A DNA stretch of 64,000 nt from Candidatus Limnocylindrales bacterium (GCA_035559535.1 DATMBG010000052.1:1-64000); one strand, 5' to 3'; shown: positions 1-10,039, numbered from the stretch's first letter. The notes: generated from the letters alone by a model not told the origin. Made by a program: numbers and translations.

Positions 1-143
1 GCGGGAAGCCCGCCTCAAGATGAGATCTCCCAATCCGCAAGGATTCTGAAGACCCCTGGAAGAAGACCAGGTAGATAGGTCGGAGGTGTAAGCCGGGTAA
101 CCGGTTGAGCCCACCGATCCTAATCGGTCGTGAGACTTGACCT
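1..143 (+). rRNA. rrl: 23S rRNA, 3' end (partial)
   Basis: Matches conserved 23S 3'-terminal motifs (CCTCAAGATGAG...CTGAAGACCCC...GTAGATAGG.CGGAGGTGTAAG...TAATCGGTCG.GAGACTTGACC). Confidence 0.93.
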
Positions 144-191
144 CTCAATAAAAAGAAGGGAGTTGATTACTCCAAACCTAACCTGTTTTTT

Positions 192-223
192 AGACCTCCC
201 AGGTTTTAAAACCCGGGAGGTCT
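192..223. repeat. Near-perfect palindrome (REP-like element or bidirectional terminator) between 23S and convergent ALDH
   Basis: AGACCTCCCAGGTTTTAAAACCCGGGAGGTCT. Confidence 0.7.
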
Positions 224-262
224 TAATTTAAAATAACCTCTTCACTTTATCCTCTCTTCTCC

Positions 263-1744
263 TCACACATCAATCTGAGCCTTCTGCAACTTTCCACTGT
301 AATCTATATAAACCGTCTTCCATTCTGTAAATACATCCAAAACATGTCCCCCTTCCCGATGGCCATTACCGGTCTGCCTGGTTCCTCCGAAGGGTAAATG
401 AACTTCCGCACCAATGGTGGAGGAGTTTACATAGGTAATCCCTGTATAAATATCTCGGATGGCAACAAAAGCTTTATTAATATCTTGCGTGTAAATCGCG
501 GAGGAAAGGCCGTATTTGCTGTTGTTAACAATATCAATGGCCTCTTCCAAACTTTCAGCAGGAATAATGGCCGGGCAGGGACCAAAAATCTCTTCCTGGG
601 CAATCCGGGACTGAGGTTTTACCTCTGCAAAAACCGTCGGAAGATAAAAATAACCCTTGGCACATTCCCCCTCTTTATAGATTTCTCCCCCTGTGAGAAT
701 TTGAATCCCTTCCTCGCGGGCAATCTGGGTATACCGATGGATTCGCTTCAATTGTTGTTCATTAATGACCGGACCTACATCGGTATTGGGGTCTAATCCG
801 TTTCCCAACTTTAACTTTTTAACCTGGGTTACGAACCTGTCGGTAAATTCCTGAAGGACTTTTTTATGAACGATCAGACGACTGGCTGCCGTACAACGTT
901 GTCCGGTTGTTCCAAAGGCTCCCCAGATAGCTCCTTCCACCGCCAGATCCAGGTTAGCATCATCCATGACGATAATCGCATTCTTGCCTCCCATCTCCAA
1001 AGAAACCCGCTTATAGCTTTCGGCGCACTTTAAAGCCACTTCTCGTCCTACTTCACTGGAACCTGTGAAGGAAACGAGATCTACACCAGGATGGGTTACC
1101 AGGGCGGCCCCTGCTTCTTCTCCAAATCCGTGAACTAAATTCAAGACCCCTTTAGGTAAGCCGGATTCAACCAATATCTCCACAAACTTGGTCGCCATAA
1201 GGGGAGTATCCTCGGCAGGTTTGAAGACCACCGTATTCCCACAAACAAGGGCCGGTATCAATTTCCAGGAAGGAATAGCCAGAGGGAAATTCCAGGGTGT
1301 AATGGCAGCTACGACTCCAACCGGCATGCGAATAGACATGGCAAACTTGTTGGGTAATTCCGAAGGTGTCGTCTCCCCAAACATCCTTCTTCCTTCACCG
1401 GCAATGTAATAGGTCATATCAATGGCTTCCTGAACATCTCCCCGGGCTTCTTTAAGAACTTTTCCCATTTCTCGGGTCATGAGTTGGGCAAGCTCTTCTT
1501 TTCTCTGAACCAGCTTTTCTGCAGCCCGAAACATGATCTCAGCCCGTTTGGGGGCCGGTACTTTCCGCCATGAATCAAAACTGGCTCTGGCCGCTTCTAC
1601 AGCGGAAGCTACATCTTTCTCGGTAGATCTGGGAAATAATCCTAAAACCTCTTCGGTATTTGCTGGGTTAATATCCTCAAAAGTTTGCCCGGATTGAGCA
1701 TCTACCCACTGGCCGTTTATGTAATTTTTATAAACTTGCGGCAT
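263..1744 (-). CDS. NAD(P)-dependent aldehyde dehydrogenase
   Basis: [18 protein letters not shown] (catalytic Glu), GQRCTA (catalytic Cys), EEIFGP; SD GGAGG upstream. Confidence 0.95.
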   Translation of the reverse strand: MPQVYKNYINGQWVDAQSGQTFEDINPANTEEVLGLFPRSTEKDVASAVEAARASFDSWRKVPAPKRAEIMFRAAEKLVQRKEELAQLMTREMGKVLKEARGDVQEAIDMTYYIAGEGRRMFGETTPSELPNKFAMSIRMPVGVVAAITPWNFPLAIPSWKLIPALVCGNTVVFKPAEDTPLMATKFVEILVESGLPKGVLNLVHGFGEEAGAALVTHPGVDLVSFTGSSEVGREVALKCAESYKRVSLEMGGKNAIIVMDDANLDLAVEGAIWGAFGTTGQRCTAASRLIVHKKVLQEFTDRFVTQVKKLKLGNGLDPNTDVGPVINEQQLKRIHRYTQIAREEGIQILTGGEIYKEGECAKGYFYLPTVFAEVKPQSRIAQEEIFGPCPAIIPAESLEEAIDIVNNSKYGLSSAIYTQDINKAFVAIRDIYTGITYVNSSTIGAEVHLPFGGTRQTGNGHREGGHVLDVFTEWKTVYIDYSGKLQKAQIDV

Positions 1745-1898
1745 AAAAAACCTCCCATTTTTCTTTTAAGTCGGTCCTATAGATAAAGGTTCTATAAAGG
1801 TTTCTATACTTAGAAATTAGGACAAACTCTTCCCTAAATCAAGGAACCTTCTTCCATGGTCCGGATTTTGGGATGAAGGAGAGGCTGGACAAATGTTG

Positions 1899-2504
1899 TT
1901 AAGGAACCGGGGATAGATGAGCCAGGTAATAAGCCAGAGCTTCGATTTCCTCATCAGATAAGGGTTGTGCGGCCTCTGTCATACTTCCGTCAATGTCGGC
2001 ACTGGTTTGATCTTTGAATCCACGCAGTTGTTTTAAAAGATAAGCATAAGGTTGCCCTGTGAGGCGTGGAATATGATCCCGCCCTGCTAATCCAGGCCCA
2101 TGGCAGAATGCACAGCGATGTTTCTCTAAAGCTTGTTTGCCTGCCGCCATTTTTTGAGGATCAGGTTCTCCACCGTGGGTGGAGACCGGTTTTTGTGCTG
2201 CAAAGTAGGCAGCGATGTCTTGAATATCTTTATCACTGAGGTTTGCGGCAAACGGTGACATTAAAGGATTCCTACGACGTCCCTCCCGGAACTGGATGAG
2301 TTGATTGTAAAGATAGAGTTGTGGCTGACCGGCCAGCGAGGGAACCTCCGGAGCGATAGAGTTGCCGTCTAAGCCATGACAGGGTGCACAAACTTCAATC
2401 TTCCGTCTCCCGGCCTCCAAATCTGCTGCTTTACCCCCAACCGGAATGATCAACCCTGATAACATACCCATCCCTATTATTACGAAACTAAAAATTCCTT
2501 TCAT
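1899..2504 (-). CDS. Diheme cytochrome c (c4/c553-like), exported
   Basis: Signal peptide, two CxxCH motifs (CAPCH, CAFCH), PSLAGQ/PRLTGQ, distal Met in each half. Confidence 0.9.
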   Translation of the reverse strand: MKGIFSFVIIGMGMLSGLIIPVGGKAADLEAGRRKIEVCAPCHGLDGNSIAPEVPSLAGQPQLYLYNQLIQFREGRRRNPLMSPFAANLSDKDIQDIAAYFAAQKPVSTHGGEPDPQKMAAGKQALEKHRCAFCHGPGLAGRDHIPRLTGQPYAYLLKQLRGFKDQTSADIDGSMTEAAQPLSDEEIEALAYYLAHLSPVP

Positions 2505-2582
2505 TTAACCTCTGGGTTAACCCCCCCTTGCAAATCCAGATATCCCTGCGAAAGGGGATACCTGGATTTGCTTCTCAAAGAC

Positions 2583-3965
2583 CTAGCGTTGATAGGTAAT
2601 ACGATAGAGAACCCCATTCCAGTCATCAGATACCAGGAGAGATCCATCTGGCATGACCTGTACATCGACCGGTCGACCCCAGAATTCCTCACCCTGTAAC
2701 CAACCTTCGGCAAAAACTTCATAACCCGGCGGCTGTCCTGGAGTCAGAGTGACCTGCATCAGCTTGAAACCTGTCTTCTGGGTACGGTTCCATGAGCCGT
2801 GTAAGGCCATAATGATGCGATTCTTGTACTCTGAAGGGAACATATTGCCGGTATAGAATCGCATCCCCAATGCAGCTACATGGGGTCCAAGCTTGAGGAT
2901 GGGAGGTGTGAATTCACTGCAGGAATGCCCTTTCCCGAACTCCGGATCCAGCACATCACCCTGATGACAATACGGATATCCAAAGTGGAGTCCGATGCGG
3001 GGTGCATAGTTCAGTTCATCATTGGGCAAATCATCCCCCAACCAGTCACGACCGTTATCGGTGAAATATAACTCTTTGGTAACTGGATGCCAATCCATCC
3101 CTACGCTATTGCGGACCCCACTGGCAAAGACTTCATAACCACTCCCATCGGTGTTGACCCGTACAATACGGGCATAGGCAGGGGGCGGCTCGCAGATGTT
3201 GCAGGGAGCTCCGATGTTAAAGTAGAGTTTGCCGTCCGGTCCTAAGGCCAGGAACTTCCAGCCATGGGGTTCATCCTTGGGTAGATTGTCTAAAATCACA
3301 ACCGGTGATGGCGGATTATCCAGCCGCTCTTCGATGTTGTCAAAGCGAAGAATACGACTTAATTCGGCGACATACAGGGTGCCATCCTTAAAGGCAACGC
3401 CGTTGGGACGATGAAGCCCTTTGGCAATAACCTTAACCTCGCGACTATTCCCCTTATCTACCACAGCATAAACATTCCCAACCAGGCGGGTACCAACAAA
3501 CACCGTGCCTTTATCGCCGATTGTAATAGAACGGGCGTTCGCTAACCCTTCTGCCCAAATGCTGATCTGGAAGCCGGGGGGTAATTTGATCTTGTCTAAG
3601 GGGATATCTTTGGCCGGTTTGGCAGTGAGCGCAGGGGGGTGAGGTCTCAAGGGGGAATTGGCAAATTCAGGGGGTCGGCCCTGGGTCCCGGGCGGTGGCG
3701 CTCCCGGAGGGGATTGCTGAGCCTGAATCGGCAACTGTATCAGGGCCCATAGCAAAGCCAGGAATGTTACCCTCCTAAGACCATAGGGGATGAAACGATG
3801 CCATAGGCCGGTTATCCGGTTCCCATGCGCAATTGGCTTCTCCCCCTCCGTTAAGTTGCCTCTCTCTGCTCTTTGTCGACTTGAAGCCTGTACGTGCCTG
3901 AAGGGTTGATGATCTCCGTCCGAAGTAGTTTGTAGGAGTTCAGATCTGGTCTGTTTGTTTTCCAT
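2583..3965 (-). CDS. PQQ-dependent glucose/sorbosone dehydrogenase family (beta-propeller)
   Basis: GAPCNIC, GVRNSVG, TDNGRDWLG, GRPVDV motifs; start moved to ATG 3965 (GGAGG upstream), though the true start could be further downstream near the hydrophobic signal. Confidence 0.88.
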   Translation of the reverse strand: MENKQTRSELLQTTSDGDHQPFRHVQASSRQRAERGNLTEGEKPIAHGNRITGLWHRFIPYGLRRVTFLALLWALIQLPIQAQQSPPGAPPPGTQGRPPEFANSPLRPHPPALTAKPAKDIPLDKIKLPPGFQISIWAEGLANARSITIGDKGTVFVGTRLVGNVYAVVDKGNSREVKVIAKGLHRPNGVAFKDGTLYVAELSRILRFDNIEERLDNPPSPVVILDNLPKDEPHGWKFLALGPDGKLYFNIGAPCNICEPPPAYARIVRVNTDGSGYEVFASGVRNSVGMDWHPVTKELYFTDNGRDWLGDDLPNDELNYAPRIGLHFGYPYCHQGDVLDPEFGKGHSCSEFTPPILKLGPHVAALGMRFYTGNMFPSEYKNRIIMALHGSWNRTQKTGFKLMQVTLTPGQPPGYEVFAEGWLQGEEFWGRPVDVQVMPDGSLLVSDDWNGVLYRITYQR

Positions 3966-4000
3966 TTGGATACCTCCCCGTAAAATTCTTGGTTTCCCAG

Positions 4001-4060
4001 TTACGATAAATTTAAAATTCTTTTTGTCAATTAAGATAAATTTGAAATTCTTTTTGTCAA
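4001..4060 (-). promoter_or_regulatory. Tandemly duplicated sigma70-like promoter (2 x 30 bp)
   Basis: Minus strand TTGACA-N16-TATCTT directly followed by TTGACA-N16-TATCGT; the two 30-mers differ at 2 positions. Confidence 0.65.
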
Positions 4061-4118
4061 GTTCTTCATCCGGTAAGTTCTTCACTTATCAAAGAAGCCT
4101 TCTTTCATGATAAAAAGC

Positions 4119-4147
4119 TTGACAAGTAGTTGGAAAGAGATTAGAAC
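4119..4147 (+). promoter_or_regulatory. Putative sigma70 promoter of the tubulin/FtsZ-like gene
   Basis: TTGACA-N17-TAGAAC, 53 nt before the ATG. Confidence 0.45.
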
Positions 4148-4200
4148 GTGTAGGATTTATTAAGTACAAGAAATGGCTTTCATTTTTTTTATAGAGGGAG

Positions 4201-5649
4201 ATGGATATGAAACAAGAATCTCAAGGTTTAGAGATTAGTGTGGTAGGACTTGGACAGTGCGGGGGAAACATCGCCGCTGAATTTTACAAGAGAGGATATA
4301 ATGCCGTAGCGCTCAATACCTCCTATACCGATCTAAGGGCTTTGGAAGCCCTACCCGAGGAGAACAAAGTTTATATCGGTGTAGACGGCAGGAATGGCGC
4401 CGGTAAAGATATATCCCTCGGAAAACGAAGCATTCAGATAAATCAGAACAAGATTCTAAGTGTCATACAGAGATTACTCTCCGGAGCCGATGTTCTCCTG
4501 TTAACCGCAGGTCTGGGTGGAGGTACAGGGAGTAATCTTTCGGAGTTAGCGACCGTTTTAGAACCTTTAAAAGTTTTAACCTCTGCTCTGGTTACCATTC
4601 CTACATCCGGTGAGAGTAGTATTACCAAGGTAAATGCCGTTAAATCGTTGAATAACCTTTTGAGTGCTAACCTGGGGAGTATCATTCTGGTAGATAATCA
4701 GAAAATATTGGAGCAATCTCCTCATATCAGTCTTGCTTCCTTCTATTCACGGGCTAACGCCACCATTGCCGAAGTTTTTAATATTTTTAACACGATTAAT
4801 GAAGAAGCCGATGCCATTAGCATTCGAAGCTTTGATAGTGAAGATTTTAAAAAGGTATTTCTCTCCAGTGGTTTTGTAACCTTTGGATATACCACCCTCC
4901 CTTCCCAGGAGCCTTTGACCAGTCAGGTTTTGGTGGAAAAAATGAGCGAACTCTGGGACTCTGGCGGTATTTTTGCCTCTGGATTTGATTTTTCGGCTGC
5001 TGCTATTTCTGCCGTAATTCTCTTTGCTCCTAAACAAATCCTCACGAAAAGCTCTGCCGATGTTTTTGAGAAATTTACCCATGCTATTAAGGAGATTACC
5101 TCCGGTTCTGCCGTTTACACAGGAATTTATCAGTATACCAAAGAGGACAAACCCATTAAGCTTTATGCCATGCTGGGGAAATTACCTATTCCATCCCGGG
5201 TGAAAGAGTTGTTATCCCAGGCTTTAGATGAGGGTAAGCAACTCTCTCAAAAGGTAAAGTTAGAAATACCTAAGCTGGATTTAAGCGGATTAGAAGGGGT
5301 TGAGTTATTCAGCAGTGCTTCAATGGTAGAGCCTATTTCTGCAAAACCTGAATCCAAGAGAAGATCTGAAGCTGAACGCCGGATGTTGGATTATGACAAG
5401 GTTATTCAATACTTGAAAAAAGAAACCCAACCCCAGAGAAGAAATGAAATTCTCCAACTGGTCCTTGAAGATTATAATAGCGAAGATCCCGATATACGAA
5501 GAAAAGTTATTGAAACTTTAGGGGAAATAGGAGATCCCAGTGTTCGAGCCGTTATCCTGAAGGCCCTGGGTGACAGGGATAAGGCCGTTCAACGAGCTGC
5601 TGCCAGGGCTTTAGAGAAGATTTCGGGCGAAAAGCCGGAGAAAGAATAA
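4201..5649 (+). CDS. Tubulin/FtsZ-superfamily GTPase (TubZ/CetZ-like, not canonical FtsZ) with C-terminal HEAT repeats
   Basis: T1 VGLGQCGGNIA, ALNT, GAGKD, signature GLGGGTGS, LVDN, T7-like SFDSED; C-terminal EDPDIRRKVIETLGEIG/DRDKAVQRAAARALEKI HEAT units; no FtsZ C-terminal peptide. Confidence 0.88.
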   Translation: MDMKQESQGLEISVVGLGQCGGNIAAEFYKRGYNAVALNTSYTDLRALEALPEENKVYIGVDGRNGAGKDISLGKRSIQINQNKILSVIQRLLSGADVLLLTAGLGGGTGSNLSELATVLEPLKVLTSALVTIPTSGESSITKVNAVKSLNNLLSANLGSIILVDNQKILEQSPHISLASFYSRANATIAEVFNIFNTINEEADAISIRSFDSEDFKKVFLSSGFVTFGYTTLPSQEPLTSQVLVEKMSELWDSGGIFASGFDFSAAAISAVILFAPKQILTKSSADVFEKFTHAIKEITSGSAVYTGIYQYTKEDKPIKLYAMLGKLPIPSRVKELLSQALDEGKQLSQKVKLEIPKLDLSGLEGVELFSSASMVEPISAKPESKRRSEAERRMLDYDKVIQYLKKETQPQRRNEILQLVLEDYNSEDPDIRRKVIETLGEIGDPSVRAVILKALGDRDKAVQRAAARALEKISGEKPEKE

Positions 5650-5720
5650 AATTCAAGAGAAGGACGGTTTGAATCGTTCTTTCTTTAGAGGTTGTAACGT
5701 AACTTGCTGATCTACGCTTC

Positions 5721-5747
5721 GTAGGGCGAAACGTAGTTTCGCCCTAT
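5721..5747. repeat. GTAG-type REP palindrome
   Basis: GTAGGGCGAAAC-GTA-GTTTCGCCCTAT. Confidence 0.7.
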
Positions 5748-5776
5748 CTTTCAGGCAAGGATTTGAATATCCTCTG

Positions 5777-7525
5777 CTAAGGTATCTTGAGTTTTTGTCC
5801 GGTATAAATCACCATGCCTTTTAATTGGTTAATTTCGGCAAGGGTATCTACTTCAACTTTGTAAAGATTGGCAATCCGCCAGAGAGTCTCTCCTTCTTTT
5901 ACAATATGGATGCGACCCTCGCTTTGCCGGACGGGCAGGCCGGTCTCTACGGTTACAGGGGAAGAAGAAGATACCAATTCACCAGGGAGAGATGGCTGGA
6001 TAAAAGACTTACTCTCCCGGCTGGTTTGGCGGACCGGAAATAGTTTATTGGAACGAAGCCCTTTGGCAGAAGCTTCTGGATTTTTAAGGGAGGCTTCATT
6101 TTCATTTTTGTCAGGGCGGGATGAACGGAATCGCTCAAAATAACTTATGACACTTTGATAAAGGGCTTCTGCAATCCGATCCTGCATAACCGGATTTATC
6201 AAAAGCTGCTCTTCATAGGGATTGCTGATATAAAGGGCTTCTACCAAAACAGAAGGAATACTGGGTATTCTAAGGACCGCAAAGTTGGCCCTTTTTAACC
6301 CCTCATTACGAACCTTTAAGAAGGGAACGGCTTTATCTAAAGTCAACTCACCAAATGCAAGACTTCGGATTAAAGACTCCCCTCCGATAGATTTCTCAGA
6401 TAAAATTCTGTTAATTTCTGGATCCTCTTGATTGAAAACAACCCCACCCATATGATCCGATGCATTTTCTCTCTGGGCAAGGAGTTTAGCCGCTTCGTCT
6501 GTAGCCTCTTCCGACAGGCAATAAACCGAAAAGCCATTCATACTCGTGTCGTAATTGGCATTTACATGGATACTCAGAAATAGATCGGCATCGTGTTCTC
6601 TGGCGATTTGAGTTCGTCGTCCGAGAGATAAAAAATAATCTCTATCTCGGGTCAGGTAGGCTTTAATATCCCTGGTTTGATCCAGCCAATATTTCAACTT
6701 TTTAGCGATATTCAAAACAATATGCTTTTCCATGGAGCCATTTCGACCGATGGCCCCTGAATCACTTCCGCCGTGTCCTGGGTCGATCACGACAACTTTA
6801 TAATTCTGTCGGTCTCTATTTCGGGTTATTTGAGGTGGTTTTTTAAATTCAACCTCCTTTTCCTTGGGATGGAAAATATTGACCATAAGACGGTCTGGTT
6901 GATCATTGGTCTTTTCAATGGGAGATACTTTAAATTCCGGCCGGGATTGAACTAAATCAAAGACGACCTGAAATCGCCCGCTGGTTAAACGCTGAAGTCG
7001 AATGGTTTTAACCGCCCTATCATAAACTTGAATGGTTTCTTTCTCCTGAATGTATTTACCCCGAGTGAACTCAACGACCAGGCGAGGAGGATCTTCCAGG
7101 GTATAGGTGTGATAAGACCCACTCCTGGGACTTCGATTTAAATTAACCACTACCTGAGTCTGGTCGGGGGCCAGCCAGTATTCGACACCGGTGATAAGGA
7201 TCGGTTCTTCATTTATAACCGGATAAGAACGATCGGTTGAATCCCCTGTCTCGAACTCCTTTGCATAAGTTTCTGCCCCTGATTCTTTAGAAACCTCTGA
7301 AGGGGAAGGAATCCGAGAATCCAACCTTGCCGGAGAGTCTTCTGTTATCTGGGGGGTTATATAGGAATTGGTTTTTTCGGTTACAGCGGGTTTTTCCAAA
7401 GCCAAAACCGGCTTGTATTCCTTCATAAGGAGAGCTGACGGAGAAGAAGTGGAATGATAACGAGAATTTAAGAATAAGAATAAACCACCTGAGATAAGCA
7501 ATAACCAAAAGATGCGCCTTTTCAT
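5777..7525 (-). CDS. N-acetylmuramoyl-L-alanine amidase (AMIN + Amidase_3 + LysM), AmiC-like
   Basis: N-terminal TM/signal, DPPRLVVE (AMIN), DPGHGG...E...SIHVN...LVE Zn/catalytic residues, C-terminal HIVKEGETLWRIA LysM; ATG 7525 has an SD. Confidence 0.92.
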   Translation of the reverse strand: MKRRIFWLLLISGGLFLFLNSRYHSTSSPSALLMKEYKPVLALEKPAVTEKTNSYITPQITEDSPARLDSRIPSPSEVSKESGAETYAKEFETGDSTDRSYPVINEEPILITGVEYWLAPDQTQVVVNLNRSPRSGSYHTYTLEDPPRLVVEFTRGKYIQEKETIQVYDRAVKTIRLQRLTSGRFQVVFDLVQSRPEFKVSPIEKTNDQPDRLMVNIFHPKEKEVEFKKPPQITRNRDRQNYKVVVIDPGHGGSDSGAIGRNGSMEKHIVLNIAKKLKYWLDQTRDIKAYLTRDRDYFLSLGRRTQIAREHDADLFLSIHVNANYDTSMNGFSVYCLSEEATDEAAKLLAQRENASDHMGGVVFNQEDPEINRILSEKSIGGESLIRSLAFGELTLDKAVPFLKVRNEGLKRANFAVLRIPSIPSVLVEALYISNPYEEQLLINPVMQDRIAEALYQSVISYFERFRSSRPDKNENEASLKNPEASAKGLRSNKLFPVRQTSRESKSFIQPSLPGELVSSSSPVTVETGLPVRQSEGRIHIVKEGETLWRIANLYKVEVDTLAEINQLKGMVIYTGQKLKIP

Positions 7526-7662
7526 AGCTAACCTTTCCTCCACAACCTGTTGAGATTCGGTGAATCAGATCAACTGCTTGCCATTACCATAACCACGGGC
7601 AGATGTCAAGGACTTTTCTCTTTCTTTCGGACAAAAATTGTAAGATATCCCGAAGTCCCCGG

Positions 7663-9057
7663 CTAATCCAATCCAAATACTTGCCCGGTTACACCGTCGA
7701 CCTCCCGCTTTTTCAGCCTGCCTGCCACATACAATCCTTCTAAGATGGCTTCGGTTACCGAGGCTATCACCTCATCAACCTCCTTTAATCCCTGATCCTG
7801 AATATATCGGTCAACCAGCTTTTTTAATTCAGGTTCCGAATCCAGTTGTTGAACATATTCAGCGCCGACCATGTTGGGGGAAACACGAAAATTGCCAATA
7901 GATAGGGTTTCCCAATTATATTTGGCAAAGTGCCGCGTACAGATTTTTAGGATAGCCTGCCTGCATAGCTCATCGATGATTTGATCTTTGCTTTTAGATG
8001 CCATATAGGTCAGTTCCAGCTTTGGATACATAGAAGCCCGAATGGCATTCAAATCCGAAATCCGTGGAACAGGGGGAACATTTTTTAGATCGAATCGCTC
8101 TTCGGCCTGGCTGATCAGGTTTTCGTAATTATCGATGGTCATCCGTACGCTGGTCCCTTTGACCTGATCCACATCGGGATGGTTCCTCGCCTCCAGGGTA
8201 ATCTGTACGATGATTTCCTGCATAAAGACAGGTACGATAGGTTGAGAATCTCGATTACTAAAGGCTTCCTGAACCATAATCTCGCGCTCTTCTTCAAGGG
8301 TGCGTGGATAGTGGGTATAGATACCACTACCAAACCGGTCCAGGAGGGGTTCGACGATTTTACCGGCTGTGGTGTAGTCCACCGGATTGGCCGTTGCAAC
8401 CAAGAGCAAGTCTACGGGAAACTCTATGGGATAGCCTTTAGCCACTACGATTCCTTCTTCCATTAAGTTAAAAAGAGAAACCTGGGTCTTAGGAGCTAAA
8501 TCCGGAAGCTCATCGATGTAGAGAATTCCATTATTGGCCTGAAGGGCCTTACCCGGAGAGAAGGTAGCAGGATCAATGAGATAACGTCCTTCGGCTACTT
8601 TGATGGGATCAATATCTCCGATGATTTCAGAACTTGAAATATCTGTGGTGGAGAGAATCTGGCGAAAACGCTCTCGTCCGGTAATCCACCGAATTTTAGC
8701 CTCTTTTCCTTTCTCGGCAATGAGCGTTTTGCAGAAATGACACAGGGGATGAAGGGGATTATCATTGATGGGGCAGCCTTCCAGTACGGGAATTTCATTT
8801 AATAAAGAGGACAACTGGCGGGCTATTTTAGATTTTGCCTGACCTCGTTCTCCGATCAACAAGACATGATGACCCGAACGAAGGGCATTATAAAGCTGGG
8901 GAATAACCGTATCGCTATAACCGATGAGTCCTTCAAAAACAGGCTCTCCGGCTCTTAATTTCCTCCGTAAATTGGTTCTGATCTGTTCGATCACCCTAGG
9001 TCTTTTATAGTCTTGGGCTATTAAATCACCCAAAGTCTTTATTTCAGCGTGAATCAT
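7663..9057 (-). CDS. ChlI/MoxR-like AAA+ ATPase (Mg-chelatase subunit I-related)
   Basis: Walker A GERGQAKS, Walker B YIDELPDL, ATANP, LLDRFG; start taken at ATG 9057. Confidence 0.85.
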   Translation of the reverse strand: MIHAEIKTLGDLIAQDYKRPRVIEQIRTNLRRKLRAGEPVFEGLIGYSDTVIPQLYNALRSGHHVLLIGERGQAKSKIARQLSSLLNEIPVLEGCPINDNPLHPLCHFCKTLIAEKGKEAKIRWITGRERFRQILSTTDISSSEIIGDIDPIKVAEGRYLIDPATFSPGKALQANNGILYIDELPDLAPKTQVSLFNLMEEGIVVAKGYPIEFPVDLLLVATANPVDYTTAGKIVEPLLDRFGSGIYTHYPRTLEEEREIMVQEAFSNRDSQPIVPVFMQEIIVQITLEARNHPDVDQVKGTSVRMTIDNYENLISQAEERFDLKNVPPVPRISDLNAIRASMYPKLELTYMASKSKDQIIDELCRQAILKICTRHFAKYNWETLSIGNFRVSPNMVGAEYVQQLDSEPELKKLVDRYIQDQGLKEVDEVIASVTEAILEGLYVAGRLKKREVDGVTGQVFGLD

Positions 9058-9091
9058 ATAAGGAAATTGAGGGTTATAAAAATAAAAAGGG

Positions 9092-10033
9092 TTAGGCAAA
9101 CCAGGTTTTTACCATCCCTTCGACTAAGGAATAGGGGTCTGCTTCTCGATTGACTATTTTTGAAAGGAGCCGGGCAAACGCTTCCCGGTCGCCTACTTTG
9201 GCCATAGCTTGTTGCATCAGGTTATGTTGTAAAATTTCCAGGAATTCACTTTCGGTCTGGTTGAGTTTCCTTTTTTTAAGCTCTCCTGAATCTTTCAGAT
9301 AGCTCAGATGGGCATCGATACCTTCGACAAGTGCGGGAATTCCTTCCTCTTTGACGGCTATAGTTTTATAAATAAGAGGTTTCCAGCTTTTTTGCTGGTA
9401 GGTATTAAATCCCAGCATGATTTCTAATTCCTTGACCATTTTATCGGCTCCTTCCCGATCTGCTTTATTAACTACGAAGATATCTCCGATTTCGAGGATA
9501 CCTGCTTTAATGGCCTGGATATCATCGCCCATGCCGGGTACTGTAATGACGAGGCACGTATGGGCCGTTTTAACAATTTCCACCTCATCCTGTCCCACTC
9601 CAACGGTTTCTATGAGGATGATGTCCATTCCATAAGCATCCAAAATATGAACCACATCATGGGTCGCCACGGCTAACCCGCCCAGGTGGCCCCGGGTCGC
9701 CATACTCCGGATAAAAACCCCTTCATCCAGGTAATGGCGCTGCATACGGATTCGATCACCTAAAATGGCACCTCCGGTAAAGGGACTGGTGGGATCGACG
9801 GCAATAATTCCCACGGTCTGCCCACGGCTTCGAAACGCCGAGGTGAGTTTATCGACTAAAGTGCTTTTTCCGGCTCCTGGAGCTCCTGTAACACCTAAAA
9901 TATAAGCTCGTCCGGTATGCGGATAAAGGGCTTTTAAGGCCGGTAGTGCCTCCGGGTCTCCATTTTCTACTAAAGTAATGAGTCGGGCAACTGCACGAAC
10001 ATCCTTGCTTAAGACACGGTCTGCTAACTTCAA
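9092..10033 (-). CDS. meaB: Acyl-CoA mutase-associated GTPase chaperone MeaB
   Basis: GAPGAGKST, AVDPTSPFTGGAILGDRIRM, ETVGVGQ, NKAD. Confidence 0.95.
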   Translation of the reverse strand: MKLADRVLSKDVRAVARLITLVENGDPEALPALKALYPHTGRAYILGVTGAPGAGKSTLVDKLTSAFRSRGQTVGIIAVDPTSPFTGGAILGDRIRMQRHYLDEGVFIRSMATRGHLGGLAVATHDVVHILDAYGMDIILIETVGVGQDEVEIVKTAHTCLVITVPGMGDDIQAIKAGILEIGDIFVVNKADREGADKMVKELEIMLGFNTYQQKSWKPLIYKTIAVKEEGIPALVEGIDAHLSYLKDSGELKKRKLNQTESEFLEILQHNLMQQAMAKVGDREAFARLLSKIVNREADPYSLVEGMVKTWFA

Positions 10034-10039
10034 GTACCG

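Noticed and set aside
398-796. Antisense ORFs overlapping well-supported genes (this one and many others in the ORF track)
   Set aside because: Shadow frames with no recognisable motifs or ribosome-binding sites.
4201-5649. Calling this gene ftsZ or a plasmid/phage tubZ
   Set aside because: The T1 loop is GQCG, there is no FtsZ C-terminal peptide or dcw context, and no TubR, centromere repeats or phage/plasmid genes are nearby.
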